DNA of 63,871 nt, the filler included, from Folioceros fuciformis (Eukaryota): assembly GCA_049999805.1 (NCBI GenBank). It is 4 parts of 3 records of this genome, joined end to end, with 100 filler letters (N's around TTAATTAATTAA, not from the genome) between each part and the next. Parts side by side here need not be neighbours in the genome. Positions count along the whole stretch, not along the records: positions 62,635 to 63,871 come from JBNGIO010006404.1; 3 more parts are not named here. The stretch is one strand, 5' to 3'. The notes under the pieces were generated by a model. It was not told where the DNA came from. It saw only the letters and a program-made list of their open reading frames with translations, and ran no database searches. Within the stretch, counting starts at the first letter, position 1; each line of letters starts with the position of its first letter. Below are positions 62,635-63,871 of this stretch, piece after piece. Position numbers and translations under genes: made by a program.

Positions 62635-62880
62635 TCTAACATGAATGAGGTCCACTTTATTTGGAATATGAAGAGGAAGTATCTAAAAGATATTACATCA
62701 AATCCCAACTTGGGTGTCCGTTAATTTAGTTATTGATTGGACCAAACGAGTTTATGTCTTGGAAAAACAAATCAAAGAAAATCAACATATTTATTTTGAA
62801 AAAAAGATGGAAAAATCATCTATCCTTGGGAGGACATACAAAAAGCGCAGCAACTAACCCCATTGTCCCTTATCACAATA

Positions 62881-63095
62881 GCTTCTTGCTGCACCTACAA
62901 TTTCATAGTGTCAAATACATAAGGGTTCTTGTTGCACCTACAATTTCATAGTGTCGCATACAAAAGGGCTTCTTGTTGCACCTACACTTTCATAGTGTGG
63001 CATACAAAAGGGCTTAGCTAATACTAGTAACTTCTTGTTGCACCTACACTCTTTCATAGTTTCGCATACAAAAGGGTTTAGCTAATACTAGTAAC
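62881..63095. repeat. ~43-bp tandem repeat x4, the last two units extended by TTAGCTAATACTAGTAAC
   Basis: Unit CTTCTTGTTGCACCTACAATTTCATAGTGTCGCATACAAAAGGG is directly visible. Confidence 0.9.
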
Positions 63096-63299
63096 TGAAG
63101 TAATGTTGCTTTGCCCTATACACACTATGTTAGCTAGCATCCACCTTTGTTTGCCCTATGCTTGCCATCGGGTTGGCCCTATGTTTATCATCATCTTATA
63201 CATTGTGTTAGCCAATGTCTACTATTTTTTGGTATATGTGTGTTGGCTAGTGCACGCTGCAGAGCCATTGATACACTTTCTCTATAAAATACTACGATA

Positions 63300-63871
63300 C
63301 ACAAAGAGAGAGCCATTCCAGTTTAGTGCATTCCCATCATAAATTTTCTTTCAAAGAGCCTGGCGGTGATGGCTCAAATAAGTCATGCACCTCTAGCCTT
63401 TGGGCGATGAGGTGCACCCATGACCAAACGTATGCCTAAAAACCTATCAACCACGCCTAAAAACCTATCAACCACGTGGAGATGTAGAGGGCCATAGCGT
63501 GCTAAGTTGGAGAAAGACCATTCTTTTTGAAGTGAATCCTGCAAGGAAGATGTTTATGTTCCAACCATGATATCTACTCACCAATTTGTTTCTTCCTAGA
63601 AGTACCTAGTTCTTGGCTAGCACCTAATGATTAGTTGTAGTTTCCGCTTTTTGGCCCCTCAAGCTTGGTTAGCAAGCAGAATGAAGAAACTTGCACACAC
63701 AGCAAAGATGCCCTTCCCGTGGCATTTGCCATTATGTACCCCTTGCGAATGGAGCTCGGAAATTTATGGCTCTTTGAGTGGTTGGCTTTGCACTTGTTCC
63801 AGCAATTGTCTCTTTTAAGCTTGAAATACAATGGAGGTGATTGTCCAGCAAAGATCAGGCTGAGCAAATAA
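63300..63871 (-). mobile_element. Possible degenerate L1-type LINE remnant
   Basis: Fragments KLVSRYHGWNINIFLAG and HRPKARG weakly resemble the post-RT L1 motifs RL.GW...LS.AG and PK..GG. Confidence 0.3.

Overview
Eukaryotic nuclear DNA from a land plant with compact genes and short GT-AG introns. A hornwort-like lineage is the best guess (inference from a nucleus-encoded nad7, a PLS-PPR with a 'WW'-type PG box, and small introns). Three artificial N44-TTAATTAATTAA-N44 linkers split the window into four pieces that need not be neighbours. Host genes: MED16/SFR6, an alkaline-ceramidase-like membrane protein, UMP synthase, a copine, an X8-domain protein, an F-box protein with an unusual Cys repeat, nuclear nad7 with a probable mitochondrial presequence, NUP58, a Kelch/coiled-coil protein and a PLS-E PPR protein. 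Mobile DNA: two decayed copies of a Sola-like (DUF7869-type) DNA transposon, one split by a Ty1/copia element with apparently non-canonical AG...CT LTR ends; four fragments of CRE-like RLE non-LTR elements, one of which gave rise to a ~32-bp minisatellite; an I/Tad1-like LINE end; and a 5S rRNA 3' fragment. All identities come from motif recognition by eye, without database searches. Exon boundaries and some start codons are approximate.
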